A DNA stretch of 62,880 nucleotides, filler included, from Octopus bimaculoides (GCF_001194135.2; 8 parts of 8 records of this genome joined end to end with filler, not necessarily neighbours in it); one strand, 5' to 3'; counted from the first letter of the whole stretch, positions 37,719 through 50,785 are shown. Translations and numbers: made by a program. The notes: generated by a model from the sequence alone, not told the origin.

Positions 37719-37905
37719 TTCTTATCTGTGTTTGTTGCCCCATCACCATTTGACAACTGGTGCTAGTTTGTTTACGTCCCCGTAACTTAGCAGTTTGGCA
37801 AAAGATAGAATAAATACCAAGCTTATCTGTTCAACTAAAAGCCTTTGAGACAGTGCTCCAGCATGACCACAGTCAAATGATTGAAACATAAAAGATTAAA
37901 AGAAT
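37710..37905 (+). mobile_element. SINE family A 3' half, CpG-decayed
   Basis: tttacgtccccgtaacttagcagtttggcaaaa..gtgctccagcatgaccacagtcaaatgattgaaaca. Confidence 0.85.
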
Positions 37906-38296
37906 AGCCACTAGGTTTTGGATTCAGTCCCACTGATCTTATGAGTGAATTTGGGAGACAGAAAAGGAAAGAAGTCTGCCATATATGCATGTGTGTGTAT
38001 GTGAGTGGTGTGGTTCTGTGAGTGGTGTGTGTGTGTGTGTGGGAGTGGTATGTATGTGCATGAGTGGTGTGCATGTGCGTAAGTAGTGTGTGTGTGTGAA
38101 TGGTGTGTGTGCGTGTGTGTGTGAGTGAGTGGTGTATGTGTGTGTGAGTGCATAAAAGAATGATTCTGTATAAACTGTGCAGCAGTGTTTGTGAACCACA
38201 AGATATCTTGAGTCTTATAAGAAGTGGGAGACTGAGGCATTGCAAAATCTATTTCATGCAAGATGAGTAAAGGCTAAAATCAAAAAATCAAATCCT

Positions 38297-38677
38297 TTAA
38301 ACCTTTAGCATTCAGATTTCTCTGTTAAATGTAATGCTTGTTTATTCATGTTTTGAATTACCATATTTTAATGTGTATAAGGAACCCCCTAATTTTTTGG
38401 ACTTAAAATTTAGAAAAAAGATTTTGCAAGGGATTATAATACTATCTATTATAATACTATACTCTTTACTCTTTTACTCTTTTACTTGTTTCAGTCATTT
38501 GACTGCGGCCATGCTGGAGTACCGCCTTTAGTCTAGAAAATCGACCCCAGGACTTATTCTTTGTAAGCCTAGTACTTATTCTATCAGTCTCTTTTTGCCG
38601 ACCCCTAAGTTACGTGGACGTAAACACACCAGCATCGGTTGTCAAGCGATGGTGGGGGGACAAACACAGACACACAA

Positions 38678-38718
<41 letters not shown>

Positions 38719-39055
38719 TACGACGGGCTTCTTTCAGTTTCCGTCTACCAAATCCACTCACAAGGCTTTGGTTGGCCTGAGGCTATAGTAGAAGACACTT
38801 GCCCAAGGTGCCACGCAGTGGGACTGAACCCGGAACCATGTGGTTGGTAAGCAAGCTACTTACCACACAGCCACTCCTGCTCAATTTTTGACAAAAAAGG
38901 GTTATTTATACACGTTAAAACACTGTAATCGTGCATTATCTTATAGCTTTGAGATTTCAATGTTGTGATTGCTTATTTTTAGAATGACATTGTAGAGTTA
39001 GTGTGAGAGGCCTGATCTGGCCAGTTTGAACATAAAACAGGTAGAATATTTAAAC
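38297..39055 (+). mobile_element. MITE-like element split by later insertions
   Basis: Left piece ttaaacctttagcattcagatt..aatgtaatgctt and right piece tgcattatcttatagctttgagatttc..gatctggccagtttgaacataaaacaggtagaatatt. I recall these as one element; that is not verifiable here. Confidence 0.5.
38461..38880 (-). mobile_element. SINE family A, full length, best-preserved copy
   Basis: (CTCTTTTA)n tail, complete 3' body, (CA)(TA) middle, and 5' head with B-box (gggactgaaccc) and A-box (ccacacagcca). Confidence 0.95.
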
Positions 39056-39204
39056 CATTGTTGGCTAGTAGCTGGTTGTTATTATTTCTGTTTGGCCTCA
39101 GGTCAGATCTGGTCCAGCAGACCTATAAACAAAAGTATTCTAGCCTGAGCATTCCCTTGTTTTCTTTTTTGCATTCTATTTTTGGTTACAGTCTAGGATT
39201 ACAT

Positions 39205-39576
39205 CATCTTTTACTTGGACTGTGATCATGCTGGAGCACAATCTTAAAGGGTTTTAGTCAACTGAATTGCCCTCCTCCTCCAGTATTATTTTGTAAAGCC
39301 TGGTACTTCTTTTATCAGTCTCTTTTACTAAACTGCTAAGTTATGGGGACGTAAACTGACACTGGTTGTCAAGTGGTGGTGGGTGACAAACAAAAACACA
39401 CACATATATATGTGACAGGCTTCTTTCAGTTTCTGTCTATCAAATATACTCACAAGGCTTTGGTTGGCCTTGGGTCATAGAAGACATTTGCCCAAGGAGA
39501 CATGCAGTGGGACTGAACCTGGAACCATGTAGTTGAGAAGCAAACTTCTTACCACACAGCCAAACCTGTGCCTGTA
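39205..39576 (-). mobile_element. SINE family A, full length, with 13 bp target-site duplication
   Basis: Body collinear with 38461-38880; tctaggattacat flanks it at 39192-39204 and 39577-39589. Confidence 0.85.
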
Positions 39577-41040
39577 TCTAGGATTACATTATAACAAAGT
39601 GTTTTTTTCTTTAAGTTGCTATTTCTTTGAGTTTGAGCTCGTTGTTTTGAATAACAAATTGTTAAAACTGATGCTAAAGTTATTTACTCCGTGGGTCAAT
39701 CATTGTACAAGGTGAGCATTTTTACTATTTTTTTTTGCCATTTACCATCTCTTAAGTGACCTGTCAGCTCTGTAGAGATGGGCAAGCACCTAATAACCTG
39801 TTTTTCGTTCTTGGTTGCAGCAGTCTCACTTCATTTTATTTATCTACTTTATATTGCAATTGGTAAATAATACCACCATGAATTTCTAATAGACCGATCG
39901 CTGGTTTACTGCATTTCTGACAGTAAGTATGACGAGGGAGTGTCAGTAAATCAGTGCAGAACAAATATTGCAAGGGTCTTCATTCATAAAAAACTTATCT
40001 TTCATTTTCTCACTGATGTTTACACCCCACACTGAAAGACACACACGCACACACATGCATGCACACACAGATGCGCATGCTTGCATGCAAGTGCATACAT
40101 GTGCATAAGTTTATGCACATTTCTGTCTGCCAAATTCCACCCACAAGGCTACAGTAGAAGACACTTACCCAAAGTGCTAAACACCTTGTAGAATCTCATT
40201 TCCCTTCTTCTGCAAGTCTGAAACTGTGTGCTTATCTAAGAAATCAATACTATAAATAATCAATACTTTGAACCAATCAATATCACAAGACAGTAAATAT
40301 GGATAGTCACTAGAACTGGTAGATTAGTGGGTGTCTGTGCCGACATTAATCAGATTGGAAATTAGAGCAAAAGAAGTGTACAACAGTATTTTGTGAGACA
40401 AAGTAGTTACTGGGAAGTGTGAGAGAAATAATGTGTGTGTGTGTGTGTGCGTGTGTGTGCATGCGTGCGTGCGTGTGTGTGTGTGTGTGTGTGTGAATGG
40501 CAAAGGACCATGCTGATTGGCAATGTGGAACTGCTGGATAAGACCTGACCACCCATGCAAACTTGGCAAAATATGTTAAAATGGAGGAAGGAACAGTGAT
40601 GAAGGCCAGAATATATTATGTCTACAACTAGACTTTTCGCCAATTTCATCGTTTATTTCATCATTATTTATTTTTTTTTCTTAATGTTTCCACTACTAAG
40701 TCACCATCATACATATTCACTAACTTCTCGTCTCTGTCATTCCTTCTGCTCACTGTACCATACCAACCGTGAAATGAAAGAAAACCTTAGATCAGTCCAT
40801 GCACAATCTCCTCCTGCTATCACCACTCATATCCTGCTACTTCTCAAATCATCCCAAATCATGTTATTTGAGTAAGTAAGATTACGGTAGCCCTTTTAGC
40901 ATTGAATCACACCCTACCTTTACCTCTATGTACCGCTTCTCAACTCCCTGCCACCCTTCGGTTGTTCTCTCACAAGCTAACATTACCTTTCTATGCTGCT
41001 AACCTCCATCCCTTTTCCCTTGGCGTCTCTTTATTGATCT

Positions 41041-41084
<44 letters not shown>

Positions 41085-41217
41085 TTCTCTCTTTATCTCA
41101 TTCACACTCTCTTACCAGCAAACATGTAATTGCCTTGGTGCCTCTCTCCCATCATGTTGCCTGAAGGAATGCAAGTTGCATCAGATTTGGTGGAATCCAG
41201 TACACCCCCATTCTCAC

Positions 41218-41272
41218 TTCCTCTCTCTCTTTCTCTCTCTCTCTTTCTCTTTCTCTCTCTCTTTCTCTTTCA

Positions 41273-41368
<96 letters not shown>
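41218..41368. repeat. (CT)n microsatellite
   Basis: Direct reading. Confidence 0.95.
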
Positions 41369-41371
<3 letters not shown>

Positions 41372-41548
41372 CCCCAACAAACATGTTGCTTAACTCTACT
41401 TCTCTTCCATTGGGTCACTTCTTTATTGACATCCCTCTAATAATTTCCGCCCTGATAACCACCACTTCCTCTCTACCATGTCACTCATAACTGACCTCGA
41501 TCACACATATGCTAACACTGACCATTTTTAAAGCTATCCCTCACTTGC

Positions 41549-41598
<50 letters not shown>

Positions 41599-41964
41599 TA
41601 TACTATGCTATTACCATCTCTCATTACACCTTGTCATTACTGTCACTTGCACTGTCTCTGCCATATCACGTTCCATCCACACAGTCATCTGATCACCCTA
41701 CTGCCAACTCCTTTACTATCATATCCTTTTCTGCCCACCCACCTTTGTTTATCTTCTGCTGTCAATCCTCTGTCTTCCTTAATCTATTGACCGTGTTGCC
41801 CCAAACAGAGATAACATACAGATCCTTTTTTCTGGTGTCATGATAAAATGCACCCAGTTCACTCTGTAAAATGATTGGCAGATGAGTAGAGACAGCATAT
41901 AGCTCAGAGAGGACCCCTCAGTTCTCTCCTCTCAAAAACATGACAGCCTCTCTAGCATTTGTGT

Positions 41965-42112
41965 TATTAGTTGCATCCAGTATACTGTGAAGTAAGTTGG
42001 CATTAGGAAGAGCATCCAACTATAGAATTTGTACCAAAACAAAATGTATGAGAATTATGTGATCTCCCAACCCATTTCAAGGGAAACAGATGTAAAATGA
42101 TGATGATGATGT
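41965..42112 (+). mobile_element. Family D 3' end with (GAT)n tail, diverged
   Basis: gttggcattaggaagagcatccaactatagaa..cagatgtaaaatgatgatgatgatg. Confidence 0.65.
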
Positions 42113-42280
42113 CTCCAGGAGACACAAGTCGTAAAACGACTTAAGTCGTGTCTCCTGGAGCCAATTAACGATGTAGGATGAGGTATGCCTGCATATATAT
42201 AATGAAATTATATTGTACCCTGGTGAATATTGTACATCATCAATCATATTTCTACTTACTGATAAAACAGAATTCAAGTA

Positions 42281-42445
42281 AAAAACTCACAGGAAAAAAT
42301 GTCAATGTAATAAAGTCACAGGGGTTAATTGTGACTTTTTTCCTGTGACTTTATTACTGGCCACTATAAATAAATTGTGAAATTTTTTCCTAGCCAAAAT
42401 TGTGACTTTATTACTGTGACTTTTTTTCCTGTGACTTTATTACCG
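42281..42445. repeat. Array of gtgacttt sub-repeats in both orientations
   Basis: tgtgacttt occurs 5 times on plus (42330-42440); 42281-42321 is an inverted copy (aaagtcacag, tcacaggaaaaaa). Confidence 0.8.
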
Positions 42446-42727
42446 GTTTACCGGTGGTCCACCCCTAGCGACGCTTTTATGAGGGGTAACACTGTTGGGT
42501 TTGTTGCATAAGCTTGTNNNNNNNNNNNNNNNNNNNNNNNNNNNNNNNNNNNNNNNNNNNNNNNNNNNNNNNNNNNNNNNNNNNNNNNNNNNNNNNNNNN
42601 NNNNNNNNNNNNNNNNNNNNNNNNNNNNNNNNNNNNNNNNNNNNNNNNNNNNNNNNNNNNNNNNNNNNNNNNNNNNNNNNNNNNNNNNNNNNNNNNNNNN
42701 NNNNNNNNNNNNNTGTATTTTCTAAAA

Positions 42728-42939
42728 TATTAGGTTGTCAGATAAATTCGTTTGTTTTTTCCTAGTTGGCACTCCATATGTCTAAAAAGAAATAAATTTT
42801 ATTCAAATTTGAAGAGACAGTATACAAAAAAAAAAAATATTTAACACTACAATAAAAATATTTTTCGTGTCAATTCAAATAACATTGGAAAGGATTCTAA
42901 AAAACCGCAAAACGAATGAATTTATCTGACAACCCAGTA
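42728..42939. mobile_element. Mariner-type MITE with TA target duplication
   Basis: TA-ttaggttgtcagataaattcgtt ... aacgaatgaatttatctgacaacccag-TA. Confidence 0.85.
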
Positions 42940-43685
42940 CATTTTCTTTTTGCCTTTGTGTAATTTAAACTTAAGTTATCCATATTTCATTCTAGTTATT
43001 TACATTCAGGGTGAAACTTTAAAAAGTACAAAGTAATAAAAACAACATTTAGCATTTATTACATCTGGAAGTTTCTAACCATAAGTTGTTTTAGTAAGTG
43101 GATTTATATGCCTTAGGAAACTAAATATGGCGATTTTTCTGATGTTGAAGACTGTCACTCGGCACACAGGGTTGTTGAACTTGCTAGAAACAGCAGCCAA
43201 GCCACTCTTGTATGAGACCCTCCTATCTTAAAAAGTGAAGGGCACATTAGGAAAGTAGTCTTGGATATATTGTATTTGAAAACAAGAAAAAAAAAAAGAT
43301 GCTATAATCACGGCTATATTTGTTTTTGCTTAGTGCTGACCCTAGACTAAATGACAAGTACATCCCACAGTAGTAATAAACACACACACACACTACATAT
43401 ATTTTATGTTCTATTTTAATTGGCAGAAGTTACAAAGTGTCTCAAAGACCGAGAGTTTCGTGATGTCGTTTGTTAAGTACCATGTACATAAGTATCGTGT
43501 ATGTATATATGTTTTTAGTCCTAGTTTTTCCTCTTTGTATTACCAAATCTGTATACACACACGAGCTGACGAGTCTTTCCGCAGAGGCTTGACCTGCTAG
43601 AGTTAGCAGCCAAATCTTACACCACACTCTACAGTCTTTGGGGGAAAAAAATGAAATGTTACAGAGAATAGCGACTACGCTGTAT

Positions 43686-43710
43686 AAGAAAGAAAGAAAG
43701 GAAAGAAGAA

Positions 43711-43746
<36 letters not shown>

Positions 43747-43787
43747 AGAAGAAAGAAAGAAAGAAAAAAAAGAAAGAAAGAAAGAAA
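43686..43787. repeat. (GAAA)n tract
   Basis: Direct reading. Confidence 0.9.
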
Positions 43788-45179
43788 TTCGAGTAATGGT
43801 CATTACTGGAATCATTTTCTTTTTTGTCAAAGCTGGTTGACCTGCAACTAAACAACAACAGCAGTCTACAATCAAATAAATAAATAAATATAATTAACAA
43901 AGTAAAAAGGAAAAAGAAAACGAAAAAAACAGGGGTTGCAGAAATCCGAAACTGAAAATAGAGCTTGCGTTTGATGTCGATTTCGAGTTTGTACTTTTAG
44001 AATGAGGTCGTTGATGGGAAGGGTGGCTTTAAAATGGGAGCCAGACATGAATGACTGACTGCTTAGAGATCCCCCACTTCACACTTAATAACGCACAAGC
44101 ATGCTTTAGTCAGTAAATGATCTGTTAACGATAGAGGGGAAACTGGGGACGGAGAGTTGTTTGTTTGTTGTTTTATCTCTCTGCCATTTCATTCTTTTGC
44201 TTTGTTTATTCAATTGTTTGTTTTCCAGTCTTGAATTCTGAATACAATAACTGCCCCAAAATACATCGAGTTTGTTCTTTTAAAACTACCATAAAATAGC
44301 ATAACAGTTTCTCATAAAATATATAGTTTTTATTACAATTCATAATTATGAAATAATATCTATAATAGAAAATGATCCATTCCGTTGACATTGCAGTAAA
44401 TAGTTCCAGAGTATATTATTATAATTAAATAATTTCGAAATATATCGCTACATGTGTGTGTGTGTATGTCTAAAGGCATACACACACGCATTTTACATTA
44501 TATATATATAATTATTATTATTATCATTATTATTATTATTATTTTATATACATATATAAATATAAATTCTTGACAATGACATGTCTGAAGCAACATGGTT
44601 TAGTCACACAGGATGAAGAATTTACAGAGAGAAGTCTGAAAATCAGTAACCGTGAGTCTATGGATTAAACGTGTGTGTGTGTGTGCTCTAGAAAATATAT
44701 ATAGGACAGTATGAAATTATATATTAAGTAGAAGTTATACTAGACATATAAAAAGCTATGTAGTAGATCATAACTCTAAAAATGCCATTCCTGTCAATAT
44801 TTGAGAGTTATGGAAAAATAATGTGGATAAAATCTGCAGAAGAATCGGTAAAATTGTGGACCCCGCCCCTTCATCGAAAAAAAAAGAAAAAAGAAAGAAG
44901 GAACTATTTATAAATTTCAAGAACCATATGGAAAGCATTTTGATTACATCAGAAATACCAACTGATAATATATCAGTATATAAGATAAAATAATAATAAC
45001 AACAACAACGTGATAAAACTTTAAGGTCGCAATTCTTAAAAGAAGAAATTTTAGGATTCCAGGAGAAAATCTGGAGATTCCAGTCAGAGATTGTTTTTAG
45101 GTTGAAAAGTTCTTTAGCATTATTTGTACTTTCTGCTGGTTTTTTGTTTCTTAGGCACAGGCCTGGTTCCATGGTTAAC

Positions 45180-45285
45180 AACTATGCTTTGCAAGTATGT
45201 GGGTTCAGTCCCACTACTACAGCTTTGGGATGACCAATGCCTTATGAGTGAATCTGGCTGATGGAAACTGTTTGGAAACCCTGCA
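45180..45285 (+). mobile_element. SINE family A 5' fragment, internally deleted
   Basis: gggttcagtcccact..gaccaatgccttatgagtgaatctggctgatggaaactg. Confidence 0.6.
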
Positions 45286-45409
45286 TATATATATATATAT
45301 CATCATCGTATATATGTATTCATATATATATGTATATGTATGTATTTATACATATATATGTATATGTATATATATACACACTTACATATATATATATATA
45401 TATAAACAA

Positions 45410-45640
45410 ATAGTAAATGAGTATATGCATATATACGTACAGGTATGTGCATACCGACATCCACCTGTATGTATAGGTGCATATCTGGGTACAGGACATT
45501 GCAAACAAAACGTAGATGAGAAAACACACAAGCCACATAGAGAACATTCTTCTTCATCAGCTACCCCCGTTTTAACACCGGCATTTCGAAGAGCTGGGCA
45601 GGACGCATCGCTAAAACGGCTCTTCCCATGGACCGCAAAT
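45410..45640 (-). mobile_element. Unclassified interspersed repeat (same family as 8685-8866)
   Basis: gtacaggacattgcaaac..gccacatagagaacattc..ttcatcagctacccccgttttaacaccggc. Confidence 0.8.
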
Positions 45641-46182
45641 TAAATTTGTATACACAAATTAAACCTTGNNNNNNNNNNNNNNNNNNNNNNNNNNNNNNNN
45701 NNNNNNNNNNNNTTAATTAATTAANNNNNNNNNNNNNNNNNNNNNNNNNNNNNNNNNNNNNNNNNNNNATCTTATATACACATGAATACTTAAGCATATA
45801 TATACATATATATGTGTGTATGTGTAAGTAAAAGATTGTATCTGATATTTTAATCTTACTTGATGTTCATTTATTATGAACATTTATTACAGCAGTATAA
45901 CAAATATTTACTCTGTAGGTGGGCGTGTGTGTGTGTGTGTGTGCAAATATACTCGCAAATTCATGCATGTAGAGGAAAAAAGTTTATGCTCTTACCGTTC
46001 AGTATACTCATCTAAGTATATGTATATATATATATGTGTGTGTGTATGTGTGTGTGTGTGTTTGTGTGTGTGTTTAGATATTGATATAAATATAGATATA
46101 TATATATACATCTATATATATACATATATACATGTACATATATATATTCATAGATATATGTATACATATATACATATATGTT

Positions 46183-46217
<35 letters not shown>

Positions 46218-49200
46218 NNNNNNNNNNNNNNNNNNNNNNNNNNNNNNNNNNNNNNNNNNNNNNNNNNNNNNNNNNNNNNNNNNNNNNNNNNNNNNNNNNN
46301 NNNNNNNTATATATATACGTATGTATGTATTTATAATGGTTTTGAATTGAACTGAGGCAGTAATTTGAGGTGTTAAAACCAATTTATAGCCATCAATTGG
46401 CTCTTGGTACCAATGGGTTGGGTATTTTTTTTTTGTTTTTCTTCTTAATTTTCCACAGGTATGTACATATTTGAACTGTAATATTATAATGATATTTACA
46501 ACCCATGTATCACAAGTTTATATTTCTTGAAGCAAACTTTTTCACTTCTGTTTTAAGCCGTTCAAACAATATTCCATTAATAAACAACCTTTGTTTATTA
46601 AATGAAAACTTTTACTTGTACGTTTCAAATATACTGAATTAACTCTGTGGCTTCTCAATTGGACAGAATGAATCTACGAAAAATAAAGAAAAATCACATA
46701 AATAAGACCATTTAACGTTTATCTTTTATCTACAGAAATGTTAGTTATTGTGACGGTCTCACGTTTCACCAATTATTTCAACATTTTTTAAAACCAAGCT
46801 ATTGTATTTTTGTGACTATGTAAGTTATTTTTGTAAAGATTTTCGCATGGTCATTTGCGACACAGATTCAAAAGTATACATACTCTTTTTACAAAATCAC
46901 CCTGTTTTTATTACTATTTTGTCACAGTCACGTTTCGCCATTTCTTTGAAAATCTATCAATATTAATTGTCACATTCACATCTGCACAATCTGTTGTTTC
47001 AACACCTTTCGTTTATATGTGTAAAAGTGTTTAAAATTACATCTGAATCAAGTTTTAGTAGTTTCATCTGTATATTTGGGCGTGACAGCACCAATATTTG
47101 CAGTTATGTCTATTCCAGGTCTCATCATTACTTTACAAACTTGCATATTGCCCTTGCAGCAATGTCTCTTTCAGTTATGACAGTCATCTTTATAAAACAG
47201 GTAGCTATGTTTGTAACGACACTTACAAATAAGAATTTGTTCAATAAATGTGAGGTGGCTTAAGGTCACTTCACATTTCTTACAAATATTTTACAGCTAA
47301 TTCACTCAGTCGTCAAAGAAGAGTCAATCATTCAATGAAAGAAATGTTAGTACCGTAACTCTTACTACGACTTTATAATCCTTACTGTCAAGTATATATC
47401 AATTCTTATAATGGCATCAGTTTTGCAAATCTAGTAATTTCAATCATTTGCTATTAACTGTTGAACTCGCCAAAGAAGAGTCAATCATTCAATCTGTAGT
47501 ATAGAAACAGTGACAAACATATTTTCAATGTTTGCACTATTGTCAATTTTCTGTGAACTGTAGCCATCATGGCCTTTAACTTGAAATCGCATGATTAAAA
47601 TTTCTGCAAATCTCTTCACGTCCAAACATCATACAGCTATCAACATACGTTTTCTTTTTTGTATAAAATATGTCTCAGATATTGTAGCACTTGAAATCAA
47701 CACAGACTTGTTCTTATGAAAAAAAAAATATATAAGAAATCTCAAAACTTCGATAATACTTTGACTTGTTGTCCCCTGCCATCAGCAAATCAACAGAATA
47801 AAATTAGTTTCAGCTCTTCACGAAACACTTTTCGTTCTTTTACCAAGCAGCCGTTAACTTTTCAACACTGAATATTGGCAATTCTATTGTGAATATCATG
47901 AGCACAAAAAAATATGTTAAACCGACAAAAATATTTACCAGCTCTTTTCTTGTCCAAACTACTCTAAACTATAATAAGGACAAAAGTAGTCACGTTTTCT
48001 GTTAAAATGTCATTATTTTCTTTATTATCTCTCAATTTCAAGAGAAATCACAAAAGAAATTTTATCATTGTAAAAAGCCGAAAACGCCGCTAATGTTGTT
48101 ACTCGAGTTCCTAGATATATCTACTCGAACTTGATCGTAATTTATTCCGTCTAAACGTTCGCCATTATCCTTTTGACATTAAAATGAGCGATTTGACGCT
48201 TCATTGCTGGGCTCTTGAACTTTTATTTTCTCCTTCTCATAGACATATGAGAGGGAGATTGTTACGTTGAAAACACTGTTACATCTTTATGCTAATATAC
48301 AAAAACCCCGACACATTAGTAAGAGTTTCCCTTACATTAAATTATATAATGATTGACAGTGTTATAATGAATCTGTATTTTATGACAACTAAAGTATGTT
48401 TTCTGCTTGAGTGATATTTCTTCTATTGAATTTTAGTCTCAGAACAGACGAAAAAATATTGAGATGTTATGTATTTTATTAATTCAATTAAACAATTTAT
48501 TGGTCTTTGTTGAATGCTTTTTATCCATTATGAAAATCATAAACACTTTATTTTAAACAAATAAAGACCATCATGTTTCCACAAAGTGGTATAATTTTAC
48601 CTCAAAGTAAATAGTGAGGCCTTTTGTCTCTTTTGTTTTGCATCAGCTAACTTATTAACTAACGTGCTTCAAAAGACTAGTATATTCAACCTACACTTGT
48701 ATATGTCTCCCATTGCTATCATATTCAGCTTGATTGACGTTGCGAAGACAACTCAACATTTTCTCCCTCTGTCTACACGTTTCGAACCCAAAGTGCTATA
48801 TCAAATTTAGACTCAACATTGAAAATCGCGAGTTAATGTAAAACAAATCCGATAATTGTAATATTGAAGACGTTATATTTCTGTGGACATGAATACTTTG
48901 AATCACAAATAGCATTCTGTTTTGCCTTCCCCCCCCCCCCCAACAATTTCACCGAAAAAAATCTATAAAAATCTTTTTTTTCCATTGTTATTAGTCGTCT
49001 CTGTTCATAATTCATGAACAGAATACATAATCACTAATTATAATTAAATCACTTAATAATTGTCTGCATAAACATTCAACTGAAATCATTGCCTAGATTA
49101 ATTGCTAATTAAGTTCTTCCGCATCTTCGCTCCTACTTTCATACACACAAAGAGACAGTTCTTTGAAAATAATAGGTAGGATCGAATACAGGGAGATGAA

Positions 49201-49324
49201 TATGCAAGAACAGTCCCACGTTAAATCATAAACATTCAGCCAAACAGACACACACACACACACACAAACAAGTAGCAATCATTATTGATTTCCTCTGGCA
49301 AAGCATGCATCTCTTTCATTTTCT

Positions 49325-49371
49325 ATCCTTATATGTATATGTATATGTATATGTATATGCATATGTATATG

Positions 49372-49434
<63 letters not shown>

Positions 49435-49440
49435 GAATAC
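49325..49440. repeat. (TATATG)n grading into (TA)n
   Basis: Direct reading. Confidence 0.9.
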
Positions 49441-49474
49441 GACTAACCATTAAAATATTTAAACAAACGCATAT

Positions 49475-49505
<31 letters not shown>

Positions 49506-50749
49506 CACTTTCTCACACACAAACGCACACACGCACACACACAGAGACACACACACACACATACACACACACATATATACAACGTCTAAACACACATATA
49601 CACATACGCATACATATATTCATATGTACGTGTTCGCGCCTGTGTCTGAGTGTTTGTGTGTGTACGCATGAGTACACGGTGTGCGTGCGTGATGTGTGTA
49701 TGTCTGTGTATGTATCTGTATGTGTGTGTGATGGTCTGTGTGCGTGTGTGTGTATAAAATATTACTTCGTGGTTACTGTTCACCTTGCACATCTGTACAT
49801 CTGCCGTTGTGCAACATGACATTATTCAATATAAACATCAGGCATGTATACATTTTATTAAACTAAAATGTGCTACTGCACTACAGTCCTTTGCCTCAGG
49901 AGAACAATGAGATATTAAATGTGTGCCGACACATGTATAAGTAAGTGTTCATTTGCGGGCGTGTTTATATACGCGAGGGTTTCTGACCGTGTATGTCCGC
50001 AGGTGTGTGCGATATATATATATTCATATCACCATTAATTAATTCAATCCCATGCAATTCGAACAAGATTTAGGTAATTTCCTAAATAATAGGAAACTAT
50101 ATATTTGCATCCCAACAATCATCTCTCTCTATAACAGGAAGTCATCTCTTTATGCATTCATTCTATTAATTACTTTTTACCTCACGTTATTATAGCACAC
50201 CTGTTCTCATACACATACGAGCACACAGACACAGATATCTCTCACTAAACGTTCACTTTCATAATACAAACCAACATATATAGATGAGTGTTTGTATTTG
50301 TGTGTGTGGGGATGTGTATCAATACATAAATACAAACATATATAAATATATATCTCTTTCTATATATATATGTATATCATATATATATATATATATATAT
50401 ATANNNNNNNNNNNNNNNNNNNNNNNNNNNNNNNNNNNNNNNNNNNNNNNNNNNNNNNNNNNNNNNNNNNNNNNNNNNNNNNNNNNNNNNNNNNNNNNNN
50501 NNNNNNNNNNNNNNNNNNNNNNNNNNNNNNNNNNNNNNNNNNNNNNNNNNNNNNNNNNNNNNNNNNNNNNNNNNNNNNNNNNNNNNNNNNNNNNNNNNNN
50601 NNNNNNNNNNNNNNNNNNNNNNNNNNNNNNNNNNNNNNNNNNNNNNNNNNNNNNNNNNNNNNNNNNNNNNNNNNNNNNNNNNNNNNNNNNNNNNNNNNNN
50701 NNNNNNNNNNNNNNNNNNNNNNNNNNNNNNNNNNNNNNNNNNNNNNNNN

Positions 50750-50785
<36 letters not shown>

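Noticed and set aside
38780-38880. tRNA-like A/B boxes as tRNA genes
   Set aside because: They are SINE heads with no acceptor stem; I saw no true tRNA or rRNA gene in the window.
46805-46825. Similarity to miR-153 on the minus strand (ttacatagtcacaaaa)
   Set aside because: Seed mismatch, divergent 3' end, and no hairpin partner seen.
42281-47493. CRISPR-like interpretation of the spaced direct repeats
   Set aside because: Only two copies or irregular spacing, eukaryotic context, and no cas genes.
49890-49946. Possible 41 nt exon (cctcAG..GTAAGT)
   Set aside because: Isolated splice-like signals are expected by chance; no partner exon or recognisable peptide.
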